DNA from: Verrucomicrobiota bacterium
GTDB taxonomy: Bacteria; Verrucomicrobiota; Verrucomicrobiia; Opitutales; Seribacteraceae
Assembly (NCBI GenBank): GCA_027622665.1
Contig: JAQBYT010000001.1
Coordinates: 192,001-256,000 of the forward strand
Direction of reading: 5' to 3'
DNA length: 64,000 nt
Shown here: positions 21,306 to 31,771 of the stretch, piece after piece
Numbering within the stretch: the first letter of the stretch is position 1
Layout of the letters: every line of letters begins with the position of its first letter
The notes under the pieces: model-generated
Databases searched by the model: none
The model's input: only the letters and a program-made list of their open reading frames with translations
Told to the model about the DNA's origin: nothing
Program-made: the position numbers and the translations under genes

Positions 21306-21761
21306 ATGGAAGAACATCAATATGAACAAGGTCCGACCGGCGCAATCCTTCGGGACTTGCCCTCTCCATACGAAGCACATCCATGTGGACTGTTGCATCT
21401 ACCGCGCTTCCTTGCGAAAATTCGCAAGCACCTTGCGGGAGAATTACCTAAAAGTTACCAGCGGAACTTCACTAAGGGATTCGATGGTTTTCTATGCCTG
21501 CACTTGGGCATAGAACCGCAGGAAGTGATTGATATCGTAAGAGATGGTCTCAGCGAAAAAGACATTTGCCTCCGATTCGAAGAATTGCTGCCAAATGACC
21601 TGCAAGCTCACAAGTGGAACCGCAAAGTCGTGCAGATGGGCATGAGTTCCATAGCAAAAGAGAAGCTGGAAGAGGTTAAAGTCGACATGGGAGCGGCAGA
21701 CCGCAAGGACCTGATCTCTTTCGCAGATGTGATCGAATACGACGAAGGCAGGATAGACTAG
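21306..21761 (+). CDS. DUF5069-like protein
   Basis: DLPSPYE...GLLHLPRFLAKIRKHLAGELP..Y, GFDGFLC.HLG and C-terminal IEYDEGR. Confidence 0.65.
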   Translation: MEEHQYEQGPTGAILRDLPSPYEAHPCGLLHLPRFLAKIRKHLAGELPKSYQRNFTKGFDGFLCLHLGIEPQEVIDIVRDGLSEKDICLRFEELLPNDLQAHKWNRKVVQMGMSSIAKEKLEEVKVDMGAADRKDLISFADVIEYDEGRID

Positions 21762-21774
21762 CCGCTAGCAAGAT

Positions 21775-23247
21775 TTAAAGTTTCCTAGCCGTAATGATGG
21801 TGACATCGTCACGATCATGGGACTCGTCCGCAAATTGCTCCAACTCGCCAAGCAGCTCCTCATTGAACGAATTGGCAGTTCCTCCTCCGAACTTCTCAAG
21901 TTTCGCAATGAGGCGGGCGAGAGAGTATTCCTCATTATGTTGGTTGGTGGTTTCCGTAACACCATCGGTAAAAAGCACAAGTGTATCGCCTTGCTCAAAA
22001 GAGCAGGTTTGCTCACTGACGATTTCCTCGAAAAGCTCGTTGGGAACCATTCCGATGGCCATTCCTTCTCCCCGCAAAGTTTCGACATTCGCCTCACTCC
22101 CCGCAGAGGCGCGAAGCAATAAACCCGGTTCATGCCCGGCCCGAGAATAGGTAAGGGTATTCTTGTCGGTATCGACAATGCCAAGAAAAAGCGTGATGAA
22201 CATATCGTGCCTCATTCGTTCATTCAGGTCCCGATTCAATTTCACCAATACTGCTGAAGGGGAATGAGCGCGCTTGACGAAATGACGCAGGTTAGTTTGG
22301 CAAATCGCCATGAGCAAGGAAGCGGGTACTCCTTTGCCAGATACGTCGGCGATCGCAATAGCGTATCGAGATCGACCGATTTTGTGAAAATCATAAAAGT
22401 CGCCTCCGACTTGAGCGGAAGGAATGTAGCGGGCGTCCACATCCAAATCCTTGGACGCAAGAAAGTTTTCCGTAAGAAAAAGAGCCTGGACGTTTCGAGC
22501 AAGAGACAGATCCATTTCGAGTCGATTTTTATCGATTCGGAGATTCATGACGTCCGAATTACGCACCGCCAGCGAGGCTTGTTCGGCAAGCGAATTGACA
22601 AGTGAGAAGTCGGTTTCCGAGAAGGAAAGACCACTTGCGGGGTTGACCACAACAAGTACGCCGATCAATTGATCATTGAACTGCATCGGAGAAAAAATAA
22701 TGGATCGCACCGCAAGAGCGGGATCGGCATGGCGGGGAACTCGTGGGTCGTTGGCGGCATCTTGAATGATAACCGGCTTGCCTGTACGGGCTACCTCTCC
22801 AACAACGCCCTCCCCAGATTCCAGAATTTCCGAACGTAGTATTTTCTCTAAGAAGCGGGCTCGGGTGGAGGTGGCTTCGTCATCAAGACGAATCTGTCGC
22901 CGTTGGGGAGGGAATAGCCCTTCTACGGCCGCACCTCGCAATTTTCCATGTTCTACACGCTCGTAAACGCAAGCACTCATGGCTCCGGTGCTTTTGACCG
23001 CAGTATGGGCAATTCTGCGAAACAGTTCGCCCCGTTCTACACCCTCGCCAATCGCGGCAACTAGGTTGTGCATGAAATTATCGACACTTTTCTTCTCTTG
23101 CTCGATGAGTTGTTTTTCCTCGTCGAGTTCAATATTCTCTCTCTTGGCTTTCGCCAAGAGAGGCCAAATGAAAGCGGCGGCAACCAGCACGCCGCACGCA
23201 AAAAGAAGGGCTTCAGTGAGCATTGCTTGCGGTTCGGGCAGAATCAC
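21775..23247 (-). CDS. GAF + PP2C/SpoIIE phosphatase (RsbU-like), membrane-anchored
   Basis: GEGVVGEVARTGKP GAF segment; VGGDFYD, IADVSGKG, RAGH, FTDGVTE, DDVT. Confidence 0.92.
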   Translation of the reverse strand: MILPEPQAMLTEALLFACGVLVAAAFIWPLLAKAKRENIELDEEKQLIEQEKKSVDNFMHNLVAAIGEGVERGELFRRIAHTAVKSTGAMSACVYERVEHGKLRGAAVEGLFPPQRRQIRLDDEATSTRARFLEKILRSEILESGEGVVGEVARTGKPVIIQDAANDPRVPRHADPALAVRSIIFSPMQFNDQLIGVLVVVNPASGLSFSETDFSLVNSLAEQASLAVRNSDVMNLRIDKNRLEMDLSLARNVQALFLTENFLASKDLDVDARYIPSAQVGGDFYDFHKIGRSRYAIAIADVSGKGVPASLLMAICQTNLRHFVKRAHSPSAVLVKLNRDLNERMRHDMFITLFLGIVDTDKNTLTYSRAGHEPGLLLRASAGSEANVETLRGEGMAIGMVPNELFEEIVSEQTCSFEQGDTLVLFTDGVTETTNQHNEEYSLARLIAKLEKFGGGTANSFNEELLGELEQFADESHDRDDVTIITARKL

Positions 23248-23758
23248 CGTTCGCGCCCTCGTCCATTCGTTGCTCGAGAAAAGAAACTACGTCATGGAAT
23301 TTCCTCACATTGCTTTCGTTCAATTCCATCAATCGTTTGTGGGCTTCGCACACCTCGCGAGCGGAAATAGCTTCATCATCGGATCCGTTGCCGACAGCTT
23401 CAAGCTGATCGAGATCTGTAATTTCCATTTTGGCGCGTACGTGAGCGATACGATGTATACCAAGATTTTCCACAGTTTCGAGATTTCGTTTTCCAAGGCT
23501 CAGTAACGTCATTGAGCCTTCTTCTCCTTCGCGGCGAACAGCAAGCGCCACACCGACCAATATACCTAAGAAAGTACTATCCACACCCGAACAATCCGCG
23601 AAATCCAAAACGTAATTTCGATGTCCTTCCTCAATCATCCCACGCAGAAAGCGACGAAAGGGATCACAATTCAAATAAGATGCTCGTCCGGTGACCTTGA
23701 CGAAGGCATAGCCTGTATGGGTGCAGACCTGGTACACTGGCTTTCTTTCTTCGCCCAT
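23213..23758 (-). CDS. STAS-domain anti-sigma factor antagonist
   Basis: VLDFADCSGVDSTFLGIL with the phospho-acceptor Ser position; directly upstream of the PP2C gene. Confidence 0.85.
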   Translation of the reverse strand: MGEERKPVYQVCTHTGYAFVKVTGRASYLNCDPFRRFLRGMIEEGHRNYVLDFADCSGVDSTFLGILVGVALAVRREGEEGSMTLLSLGKRNLETVENLGIHRIAHVRAKMEITDLDQLEAVGNGSDDEAISAREVCEAHKRLMELNESNVRKFHDVVSFLEQRMDEGANGDSARTASNAH

Positions 23759-23781
23759 TTTGCAAAACCAGTCTCTCGTAT

Positions 23782-26493
23782 TTATCTTGATTCGCTTATA
23801 AGCTTACGGAGGACAAATGGCAATATACCGCCATGTCGGTAGTATTGCACTTCAATTCCGGTATCCACCCTAACGCGAACTTTTACACTGGATTCAGCGC
23901 CATCGGATTTACGAATCACTAAGTCGAATTCTGCCCCGGGGACCAAATCATCTCCAAGTTTAGGAAGAGAAAAGGTTTCGGTTCCGTCAATGCCAAGAGT
24001 TTCCGCATCCTCGCCACCTGTAAATTCCAAAGGAAGAACACCCATCCCAATGAGATTGCTCCGATGAATACGCTCAAAGCTCTTGGCAACGACTGCCTTT
24101 ACGCCGAGCAAAGCAGTACCTTTTGCAGCCCAATCACGGGAGCTACCCATTCCATAGTCGCTTCCCCCAAACACAATGAGCGATTCACCTCTTTCCTTGT
24201 AGAGTTGCGACGCATCGTGAATGGGGAGGATCTCGCCATCGGGTTGTAATTTCGTATATCCACCTTCCTTGCCATCTGCCATTAGATTCTTGATGCGGAC
24301 ATTGGCAAAAGTACCTCGAGTCATAATCCGATCATTGCCTCGCCGAGACCCGAAAGAGTTGAAATCACTCTGGTTCACTCCCTTTTCCTGCAAGAATTTA
24401 CTTGCGGGACCGTCCAAAGGGATGGCCCCAGCCGGGGAAATATGGTCGGTGGTTACCGAATCACCGAGCAAAGCAAGCGTCCTCATGTCGGCAAGAGGTT
24501 CGATGGGTGAAATTTCGAGGCCGAATGACTCGAAAAAAGGTGGGTTCTGAATGTAAGTACTTTTTTCATCCCACGCAAATAAGGATCCCGACGGAGCTTT
24601 AATTTCGTTCCATTCGGGATTGGCCTCGTCAATAGAACCATATCGCTCCGTAAACATGGTTGGCTTGAGTCCCTCAGTGACACAGGCATCGACTTCCTCT
24701 CTGGAGGGCCACAGATCGCGAAGATATACAGGATTACCGCTCGAATCCGATCCCAAGGAATCTTCATCGAGGTTCACATCCACCGTTCCCGCCAATGCGT
24801 ACGCGACAACCAATGGCGGGGACATAAGAAAGTTTGCTTTAATCGCACTATGGACTCGAGCCTCAAAGTTTCGATTACCGGAAAGTACACTTGCCGCAAC
24901 CAGATTGCCTTGATCAATTGCAGATTTAATTTCGGGTGCGAGGGGTCCACTGTTGCCGATGCAAGTGGTGCATCCATAACCCACTAGATGAAAACCTAGC
25001 TCGTCAAGGTATCGCTGTAATCCCGTTTCGACCAAGTAGTCCGTCACCACACGGGACCCCGGAGCCAAACTAGTCTTAACCGAAGACTTCACTTTAAGGC
25101 CGCGCTCAACGGCCTTCTTTGCGAGCAACCCAGCGGCTATCATTACACTTGGATTACTAGTATTTGTACAACTCGTGATCGCGGCAATCAAAACAGAACC
25201 ATGACCAATTTCATGCCTCGACCCATTACCTCCGACCAGAACCGTATCCTTGAGATTGTCCAAAGACACGCCGAAGCCATCTTCAGCTAGAGGCCCTTTC
25301 AAAAGGGAATGAAAGCTATCTTTAAGCGAATGTACATCGATACGGTCTTGAGGCCGTTTAGGACCAGCAACGGATGGAGAAATCGACGCTAGATCCAAAT
25401 CAAGATTTTTAGAATACAAGAGCTCGTCCGCTTTGGGTATACCAAATAGCCCTTGTGCCTGAAGATAGGATTTCACAAGGTCGATCTCGTCCTCCGTACG
25501 CCCCGTAATACGAAGATAATCGAGCGTTGCATCATCGACAGGGAAAAAACCCATCGTAGCCCCATACTCAGGTGCCATGTTCGCAATGGTTGCACGATCT
25601 GCAAGCGAAAGCGCCTCAGCTCCGTTGCCGTAGAATTCGACAAATTTCCCGACGACTTTCTCTGCCCGAAGCATTTGAGTAATCCGTAAAGTCAAATCGG
25701 TTGCGGTAACTCCATCACGCAACGATCCTTCGAGATTTACGCCTATCACCTCGGGTGTCTGGAAATAAACGGGCTGTCCCAACATTCCCGCTTCCGCCTC
25801 AATGCCTCCGACGCCCCATCCCACAACTCCCAGAGCATTGATCATTGTGGTGTGGGAATCTGTCCCGACCAAGGAATCAGGATACAGCAGACGTTGACCG
25901 TCCACTTGTTTATCGAAGACAACCTTAGCAAGATATTCGAGATTTACTTGGTGAACAATACCTATGGCAGGTGGAACTACGGTGAAAGTTTCAAAGGCTT
26001 GCCGTCCCCACTTGAGAAATTCATACCGCTCGCGATTTCGTTGGAATTCCAGCTGAATATTACGACTAAAGGAATCGGCAGTTCCCGATTTATCGACCTG
26101 AATCGAATGATCGACAACTAGGTCTACGGGAACCAGAGGTTCTATCAGCGCAGGATCAGAACCAAGTTTTGCCACGGCATCTCTCATTGCGGCAAGATCG
26201 ACAAGAAGAGGAACTCCCGTAAAATCCTGAAGAAGGATACGCGATACCACAAAGGGAATTTCACGATCGGACGGTTCCGAAGCGTTCCAGTTCGCCAAAG
26301 CTCGAACATCTTCTTGGGTGACAGTCTCGCCATCGCAATTTCTCAGTAGGGATTCCAACACCACCCGAATACTAATAGGAAGTCGACTTACGACTCCCAC
26401 GCCGAGTTCCTCTAAAGCCGGGAGAGAATAATAACTACCTACACCTTCCTGCAGGCTTAGTGTTCTCAATATTCCAAAGGCATCTTGAATCAT
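23782..26493 (-). CDS. acnA: Aconitate hydratase A
   Basis: [59 protein letters not shown]. Confidence 0.97.
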   Translation of the reverse strand: MIQDAFGILRTLSLQEGVGSYYSLPALEELGVGVVSRLPISIRVVLESLLRNCDGETVTQEDVRALANWNASEPSDREIPFVVSRILLQDFTGVPLLVDLAAMRDAVAKLGSDPALIEPLVPVDLVVDHSIQVDKSGTADSFSRNIQLEFQRNRERYEFLKWGRQAFETFTVVPPAIGIVHQVNLEYLAKVVFDKQVDGQRLLYPDSLVGTDSHTTMINALGVVGWGVGGIEAEAGMLGQPVYFQTPEVIGVNLEGSLRDGVTATDLTLRITQMLRAEKVVGKFVEFYGNGAEALSLADRATIANMAPEYGATMGFFPVDDATLDYLRITGRTEDEIDLVKSYLQAQGLFGIPKADELLYSKNLDLDLASISPSVAGPKRPQDRIDVHSLKDSFHSLLKGPLAEDGFGVSLDNLKDTVLVGGNGSRHEIGHGSVLIAAITSCTNTSNPSVMIAAGLLAKKAVERGLKVKSSVKTSLAPGSRVVTDYLVETGLQRYLDELGFHLVGYGCTTCIGNSGPLAPEIKSAIDQGNLVAASVLSGNRNFEARVHSAIKANFLMSPPLVVAYALAGTVDVNLDEDSLGSDSSGNPVYLRDLWPSREEVDACVTEGLKPTMFTERYGSIDEANPEWNEIKAPSGSLFAWDEKSTYIQNPPFFESFGLEISPIEPLADMRTLALLGDSVTTDHISPAGAIPLDGPASKFLQEKGVNQSDFNSFGSRRGNDRIMTRGTFANVRIKNLMADGKEGGYTKLQPDGEILPIHDASQLYKERGESLIVFGGSDYGMGSSRDWAAKGTALLGVKAVVAKSFERIHRSNLIGMGVLPLEFTGGEDAETLGIDGTETFSLPKLGDDLVPGAEFDLVIRKSDGAESSVKVRVRVDTGIEVQYYRHGGILPFVLRKLISESR

Positions 26494-26541
26494 ATGTTTG
26501 CGAAAGTTACGATTGTAGAGAAAGTCATCGTGCTGAATGCT

Positions 26542-27021
26542 TCAGCCAAGCTGTGACAAACAATCTTTAATAGCTTGAAATTCAGGCAGTTGCTTAGGGT
26601 CATCGGATGACCACGAATATGCGATCGCGCCACTCGTATTAACTATAAATGCAGAACGCTTGGAAACGCCTTTGAAGCCGATAAAGTCTTCATAAAGCAC
26701 ATCGTAAGCCTTCGAAACTTCCTTGTTGAAGTCACTCAACAATGGGAAATTAAGGCCTTCTTCATTAGCCATCGCCTCTTGGGCGAAAGGGCTATCGACA
26801 CTTATTCCATAAACGGATGCGTTAAGCTCACTAAAAGCCGACAAATCGTCCCGCACCGAACAAGCCTCCTCCATGCAAACGCCAGTGAAGGCGAATGGAA
26901 AAAACAAAAGTACCGAATTTTTGTGGCCATAATTACCGCTCAAAGCCACATCCAAGAGACCGTCAGAAGTTTTCGATTTGAGAGTGAAATCCGGAGCCGT
27001 TGAACCAACGCTTAAAGCCAT
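26542..27021 (-). CDS. Peroxiredoxin (AhpC/TSA family, AhpE/PrxQ-like)
   Basis: APDFTL, FFPFAFTGVCMEEAC, GISVDS, LLSDFN, RSAFIV. Confidence 0.9.
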   Translation of the reverse strand: MALSVGSTAPDFTLKSKTSDGLLDVALSGNYGHKNSVLLFFPFAFTGVCMEEACSVRDDLSAFSELNASVYGISVDSPFAQEAMANEEGLNFPLLSDFNKEVSKAYDVLYEDFIGFKGVSKRSAFIVNTSGAIAYSWSSDDPKQLPEFQAIKDCLSQLG

Positions 27022-27196
27022 GATAAATAGTGGTTAGATATTAGAGGATATTTTGTTAGACAAAATTAGGGCAAAAAGACTAGGTAGCAATCGGAGCATG
27101 GAAGGCAAGCGCAATGAGACTAATGATTATCGCTTTTCGTTTTTCTTTTGCACCGGAGGGTATCGAAGTACATTTAAAGACGAGTTTTCTAATGAA

Positions 27197-28378
27197 ATGA
27201 ACGCTATTGAAACATTACTAACTAACGCAGAAGTAATCATTGGCCAAGAGGAGCTCGAGAAACGAATTTCGGGAGGCAAGAGACTCAAGGTCAAGTTTGG
27301 CGTAGACCCAACCCGACCAGATCTAACGCTCGGGCACATGGTAGTCTTGGAAAAACTTCGGCAATTTCAAGAAATGGGACACGAGGCAATTTTATTGATC
27401 GGGGATTACACCGCCCAAATCGGAGACCCCAGCGGACGGTCGGTTCTTCGACCGGTTCTTACCGCCAACGAAGTAGAAACGAATGCAAAGACTTATTTAG
27501 AGCAAGCATTTCGAATCCTTGACAAATCCAATACCACCATTCGCCGAAACAGTGAATGGTTCAATGAAATGAGTTTCGGAGATTGCCTGAATTTAGCGAG
27601 AAACATGACTGTCGCTCAAATGCTAGAAAGAGATGATTTTGCTAAAAGACATACCGACCAGACACCTATTTCAATAGTGGAATTTCTGTACCCGCTTGTA
27701 CAAGGATATGACTCGGTAGTCCTTAAGGCGGATATTGAACTCGGCGGCAGCGATCAACTTTTTAACATGCTCGTGGGACGATCTTTGCAAAAAGACGCGG
27801 GTGAACCCGAGCAGGCTGTTTTAACCATGCCTCTTTTGATAGGTCTCGACGGTTCGCGCAAGATGTCAAAAAGCTATGACAACTACATTGCGTTCAACGA
27901 CAGTTCGAAAGACATGTTTGGAAAAGTCATGTCCATTCCAGATGAAGCGATGTGGGACTATTATCGCCTTCTTCTGCTAACTCCAGATTGCGATATAGAG
28001 AAACTGCGATCCGAGCATCCAATGGCAGTGAAAAAAAACCTCGCAAAGCAAATCACCGCGAAATTTCACGGCAAAGAAGTTGCAGACAAAGAAATCGCTC
28101 AGTTCGAAAAAGTATTCTCAAAAGGAGAAACGCCAGATGAAATGCCGATTTTCAATTGGACTACACTCTCGGCGGATTGTGAAGAGTGTACTTTGGTTGA
28201 CATAATTGCAGCTACAAATTTGTTCGAATCTAAAGGTGAAATTCGGCGACTAATTAAGCAAGGTGCAGTAAAAATAAACGAGCAGACACACACAAATGCC
28301 CAGCAAATGATTAAAAAACCTGATCCTGCTATAATTATGCGAGTTGGGAAAAGAAAGTATTTTCAAGTTTCTCCATAG
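27197..28378 (+). CDS. tyrS: Tyrosine--tRNA ligase
   Basis: GVDPTRPDLTLGH, IGDPSGR, YPLVQGYD, GGSDQLFN, KMSKS, C-terminal S4 domain; start taken at MNAIE. Confidence 0.96.
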   Translation: MNAIETLLTNAEVIIGQEELEKRISGGKRLKVKFGVDPTRPDLTLGHMVVLEKLRQFQEMGHEAILLIGDYTAQIGDPSGRSVLRPVLTANEVETNAKTYLEQAFRILDKSNTTIRRNSEWFNEMSFGDCLNLARNMTVAQMLERDDFAKRHTDQTPISIVEFLYPLVQGYDSVVLKADIELGGSDQLFNMLVGRSLQKDAGEPEQAVLTMPLLIGLDGSRKMSKSYDNYIAFNDSSKDMFGKVMSIPDEAMWDYYRLLLLTPDCDIEKLRSEHPMAVKKNLAKQITAKFHGKEVADKEIAQFEKVFSKGETPDEMPIFNWTTLSADCEECTLVDIIAATNLFESKGEIRRLIKQGAVKINEQTHTNAQQMIKKPDPAIIMRVGKRKYFQVSP

Positions 28379-28443
28379 CCAAGAAATGAAAGAGGGCAAG
28401 AGGGTTAAATGGTAAATTAGTTAATTAATAAAACCAATACTAA

Positions 28444-31400
28444 TTAGTTTCCAATATTCAATTTATTGTTTTTAGGTGTAATTGATTTAAGATCAGCTGA
28501 ATTAACATTATTTAAATCCTGACAATCTTTAAGTAAAACCTCTACGGCTTTTGATAGTTGTTGATCAATTTTATTAGGAATTTCTCCTGGTTGGGGCCAA
28601 ATCTCAATGTCAGGTACAGCGCCATTTCCTTCCATATCTCGACCGTCATCTAATTTATACCACCCTCGAAAAGGTATAGACATTTTCCCAATATCCAAGA
28701 ACTTTTCGTCCGTGTAAACCGAGATAACACTTCCAGCCGTACGAACTCCAATTAGCTTGCCTCTTTTAGTAGCTTTAATCGCGTGACAGAATATTTCACC
28801 ATTACTAGCTGTGTTTTGGTTGCAAAGAACCACGATCGGTTTGTCCCAGTAAAAGTGATCAAGATAACCTAGCGGATAACTTCTCTTTCCGCCTCTTGGT
28901 ATTGTAAAGGCGTGTAAAGGACGGGAAAGCATTTTTAACATTCGGTCAGCAGTAAAACCTCCCGTATTGTTTCTGACATCGATAACCAATCCCTCCTTCC
29001 GGTAACCAAGAGAGAACAATTCCTCTTCAAATTGAAATAAATCATCCCAATTCATTCGGTTTACATGTAGATAACCAAGTTTGCCATTACTCTCTTCGTG
29101 TACGATACGTTGATTATTAGAGATCCAAGATTCCTTTAACAGTTCTCTCGCTTTTGTAAAAGAAATCGGTTCCAAATGCACAAGCCTAACATTACCTAAA
29201 GGGTCTTTAACTTTAAGATCAGTCACTTCATTCAACCGTCGATTAAAGGCATGTCGTTTTGCAAGAGGTGAATCTAAACTTAATCCATCAATCGAAAGAA
29301 TAACTTCATCCTCATAAATCATAGAATCAGGTTTACGTGCGGGTCCGTCATGCAAGACAGTTTTAACCTTTAGTCCCAAACCTTCAAATGACTTATCAAA
29401 AATCATTCCCAGATGAACTGTCTCCCTACGCCAACCATGGTCGGGTTTCCATTGTGGCCAAATTTTGTCGTTAAGCTCAAAAAACAAATGGGAAGCATTT
29501 AATTCTCCTATTAGCAGATTTACCAAACGGCCAAAACCATCTCGATCAATGCTCGCGGTAATATGGTTTTCGTACTTTTTCAGCAGTTCGTCCCAGTCTT
29601 TACCATTCATTTCTTTATCATAGAAAAAGTCTCGGAGCTTACGCCAAATCATGCGATAACCTAAGCGAAGGTATTGTTCTCGATCCGTATCCTGATATGC
29701 CTTGAAAGTGTATTTCGTAAGAACAGAACCTTTAGTCTTTGAAGGGAGATTATCGACTAACCAGTGAATTTCGTTGCTTTCCCAGTAGGGGTCCAACCCG
29801 ATCGTCTTCGTTAGTAGTTTTGGAGCAGTCAGTTCGTTGGGGAATTTGATGGTGTAAATTCCTCGTACACCTCCAATGTCGCTAGTAAAAGCTAACGTGC
29901 TTGAATCACCATGCCAAAAAGGATTACTCTCCTTTGATCCGGATAAGTTAACTCGACGGATACGATCGTGCAAATTCTCGAAGTCAATTACTACTCGAGG
30001 CAGAACTTTAGGTGTAGACGCTTTAACAATTGGAGGTAGGGGAAGGTCTTCGTCCTTTTTGTTTTGGATGGATATCGAAGCGATGGTACGCGAGGAAAGA
30101 AGTTTTTTCTTTGCTTCCTCCAATTTAGAGAGGCGATCGCTTTTTCCCTCATCGTCAGGAATAAGGTAAACATAATGTAAATCAAACTCGTCATTTCGAC
30201 CTCGTCTACCGACAAAGGATATAAGGCGACCATCAGCAGACCACCTCGGTGATCCGTCCCACTTCGGATGACGAGAGAGATTGAAAGGGGTTTCTTCCCC
30301 ATTAACGGCAACAACCCAAACATCCCAGTTGTCCTCGCTGTCTTTAGACTGTACAGTCAACCAACGACCGTCGGGAGACCAATCATAATCAGGGAAAACT
30401 GTAGATCGCAGAAGTAATCTAGGAGAATATTTGTCAGTAGAAGTTACAACTATGTCACCTGTATCTCGACAAAATGCTAAAGTTTTCCCATCAGGACTTA
30501 AAGATAATCGGTTTTTATTCGTTCGGTCTTTGTGTGAAGAAAATTGACTCAGTGTGAATTTATCATTCTCAAACCAAAATTTATTTTTATTTTTTCTGAC
30601 TGCCTTCCAAATCTCAGTACGATCTCCAAAGTCACGAAGGAACCAAATCTCTTCATTTTCAGGGCCGAACACAACTTCGGTTTCGTGTGATCTTGTTTCT
30701 CCACAGACAAGTCTGGGTTCACGCAAAACAGTATCCATAACCCATACATCTCCACCAGCAGTAAAGGCGACTTCTAAAAAATCATCAGTCCAGTCAATAC
30801 CTTGACGAGCATCGTTATTCCATGCGGCATCGTACCATCTACGCCTTGAGGGAGAAAGTAATCCGTCCTGCCTTCGCCATAAATTAACTTTTGATGGTTC
30901 TTTTCTGCTATTTGGATAGTACTTGTAGAAGTCGAACCCTTTTCTAAATATAATCGTCCCACCATCTCTAGAAATAGACGGCATAATAACTGAGTCAGCT
31001 TTGAAAAATGTTAGTTGATTTGCGCTTGATGTCGAAAAATCTTTTTCCCAAAGATTAAAAGTGCCATTTTTATCACAAACAAAATAAAATCCTAATCCGT
31101 TAGGTTTCCAAAGTGGAGATCTACATCCGTAATTTTCGACACAAATTTGCTTAAAGTCTTTCTTGTCGCTATCATGAAGCCATATCTGTGAAGATTTAGA
31201 TCCTCGATATCCCTTTCGGTAGAGCATGTTTCCTCCCTCGCGAGTAAAAAGCGTTTTAGTCGAATCAGGCGACATAGTGCCATGCCGGGCATAGGCATCA
31301 AAAAGAATTTCATCAACGGCTGATCCATTAATATCGACACGGAGCAAGCGAGTGGAATCAAAACCTAAATAATCCCTACGAACTGTAGTTAGAATGGCAG

Positions 31401-31767
31401 TACCATCAGGATACCATTCTAGTGGAGTATACCCTTCACTGTGCTCAGTTAGTTTAGTGGGCACCCCACCAGTGCTTGGAATTATATAAACGTTCCAGTA
31501 CCCATCACGCTTACTGGTAAAAGCAATTTGCTTTCCGTTTGGAGACCAACAAGGCCAATGATCTTCTGCGGGATGAAAAGTTAGTTGTCTCGCATTACCT
31601 CCTTTTACGGGAGCAATCCACACATCGCCGTGCCATACGAACCCAAACTGCTTACCATCTGGCGAAACAGTAGGAGCCGCTGCCAATTCAATCCGTTCTC
31701 TTGGCATTACTTGAGCAGATCCACATAATACTGCAAAAATTGTACCAATGAATAAATAGACTCTCAT
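28444..31767 (-). CDS. Tricorn-like S41 family peptidase (PD40 propellers, PDZ, catalytic domain)
   Basis: Signal peptide; WSPNGK, WSPDGR and WSADGR repeats; GELNASH, LGYLHV, IDVRNNTGG, NTASNGE, EGNGAVPDI. Confidence 0.9.
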   Translation of the reverse strand: MRVYLFIGTIFAVLCGSAQVMPRERIELAAAPTVSPDGKQFGFVWHGDVWIAPVKGGNARQLTFHPAEDHWPCWSPNGKQIAFTSKRDGYWNVYIIPSTGGVPTKLTEHSEGYTPLEWYPDGTAILTTVRRDYLGFDSTRLLRVDINGSAVDEILFDAYARHGTMSPDSTKTLFTREGGNMLYRKGYRGSKSSQIWLHDSDKKDFKQICVENYGCRSPLWKPNGLGFYFVCDKNGTFNLWEKDFSTSSANQLTFFKADSVIMPSISRDGGTIIFRKGFDFYKYYPNSRKEPSKVNLWRRQDGLLSPSRRRWYDAAWNNDARQGIDWTDDFLEVAFTAGGDVWVMDTVLREPRLVCGETRSHETEVVFGPENEEIWFLRDFGDRTEIWKAVRKNKNKFWFENDKFTLSQFSSHKDRTNKNRLSLSPDGKTLAFCRDTGDIVVTSTDKYSPRLLLRSTVFPDYDWSPDGRWLTVQSKDSEDNWDVWVVAVNGEETPFNLSRHPKWDGSPRWSADGRLISFVGRRGRNDEFDLHYVYLIPDDEGKSDRLSKLEEAKKKLLSSRTIASISIQNKKDEDLPLPPIVKASTPKVLPRVVIDFENLHDRIRRVNLSGSKESNPFWHGDSSTLAFTSDIGGVRGIYTIKFPNELTAPKLLTKTIGLDPYWESNEIHWLVDNLPSKTKGSVLTKYTFKAYQDTDREQYLRLGYRMIWRKLRDFFYDKEMNGKDWDELLKKYENHITASIDRDGFGRLVNLLIGELNASHLFFELNDKIWPQWKPDHGWRRETVHLGMIFDKSFEGLGLKVKTVLHDGPARKPDSMIYEDEVILSIDGLSLDSPLAKRHAFNRRLNEVTDLKVKDPLGNVRLVHLEPISFTKARELLKESWISNNQRIVHEESNGKLGYLHVNRMNWDDLFQFEEELFSLGYRKEGLVIDVRNNTGGFTADRMLKMLSRPLHAFTIPRGGKRSYPLGYLDHFYWDKPIVVLCNQNTASNGEIFCHAIKATKRGKLIGVRTAGSVISVYTDEKFLDIGKMSIPFRGWYKLDDGRDMEGNGAVPDIEIWPQPGEIPNKIDQQLSKAVEVLLKDCQDLNNVNSADLKSITPKNNKLNIGN

Positions 31768-31771
31768 TATT

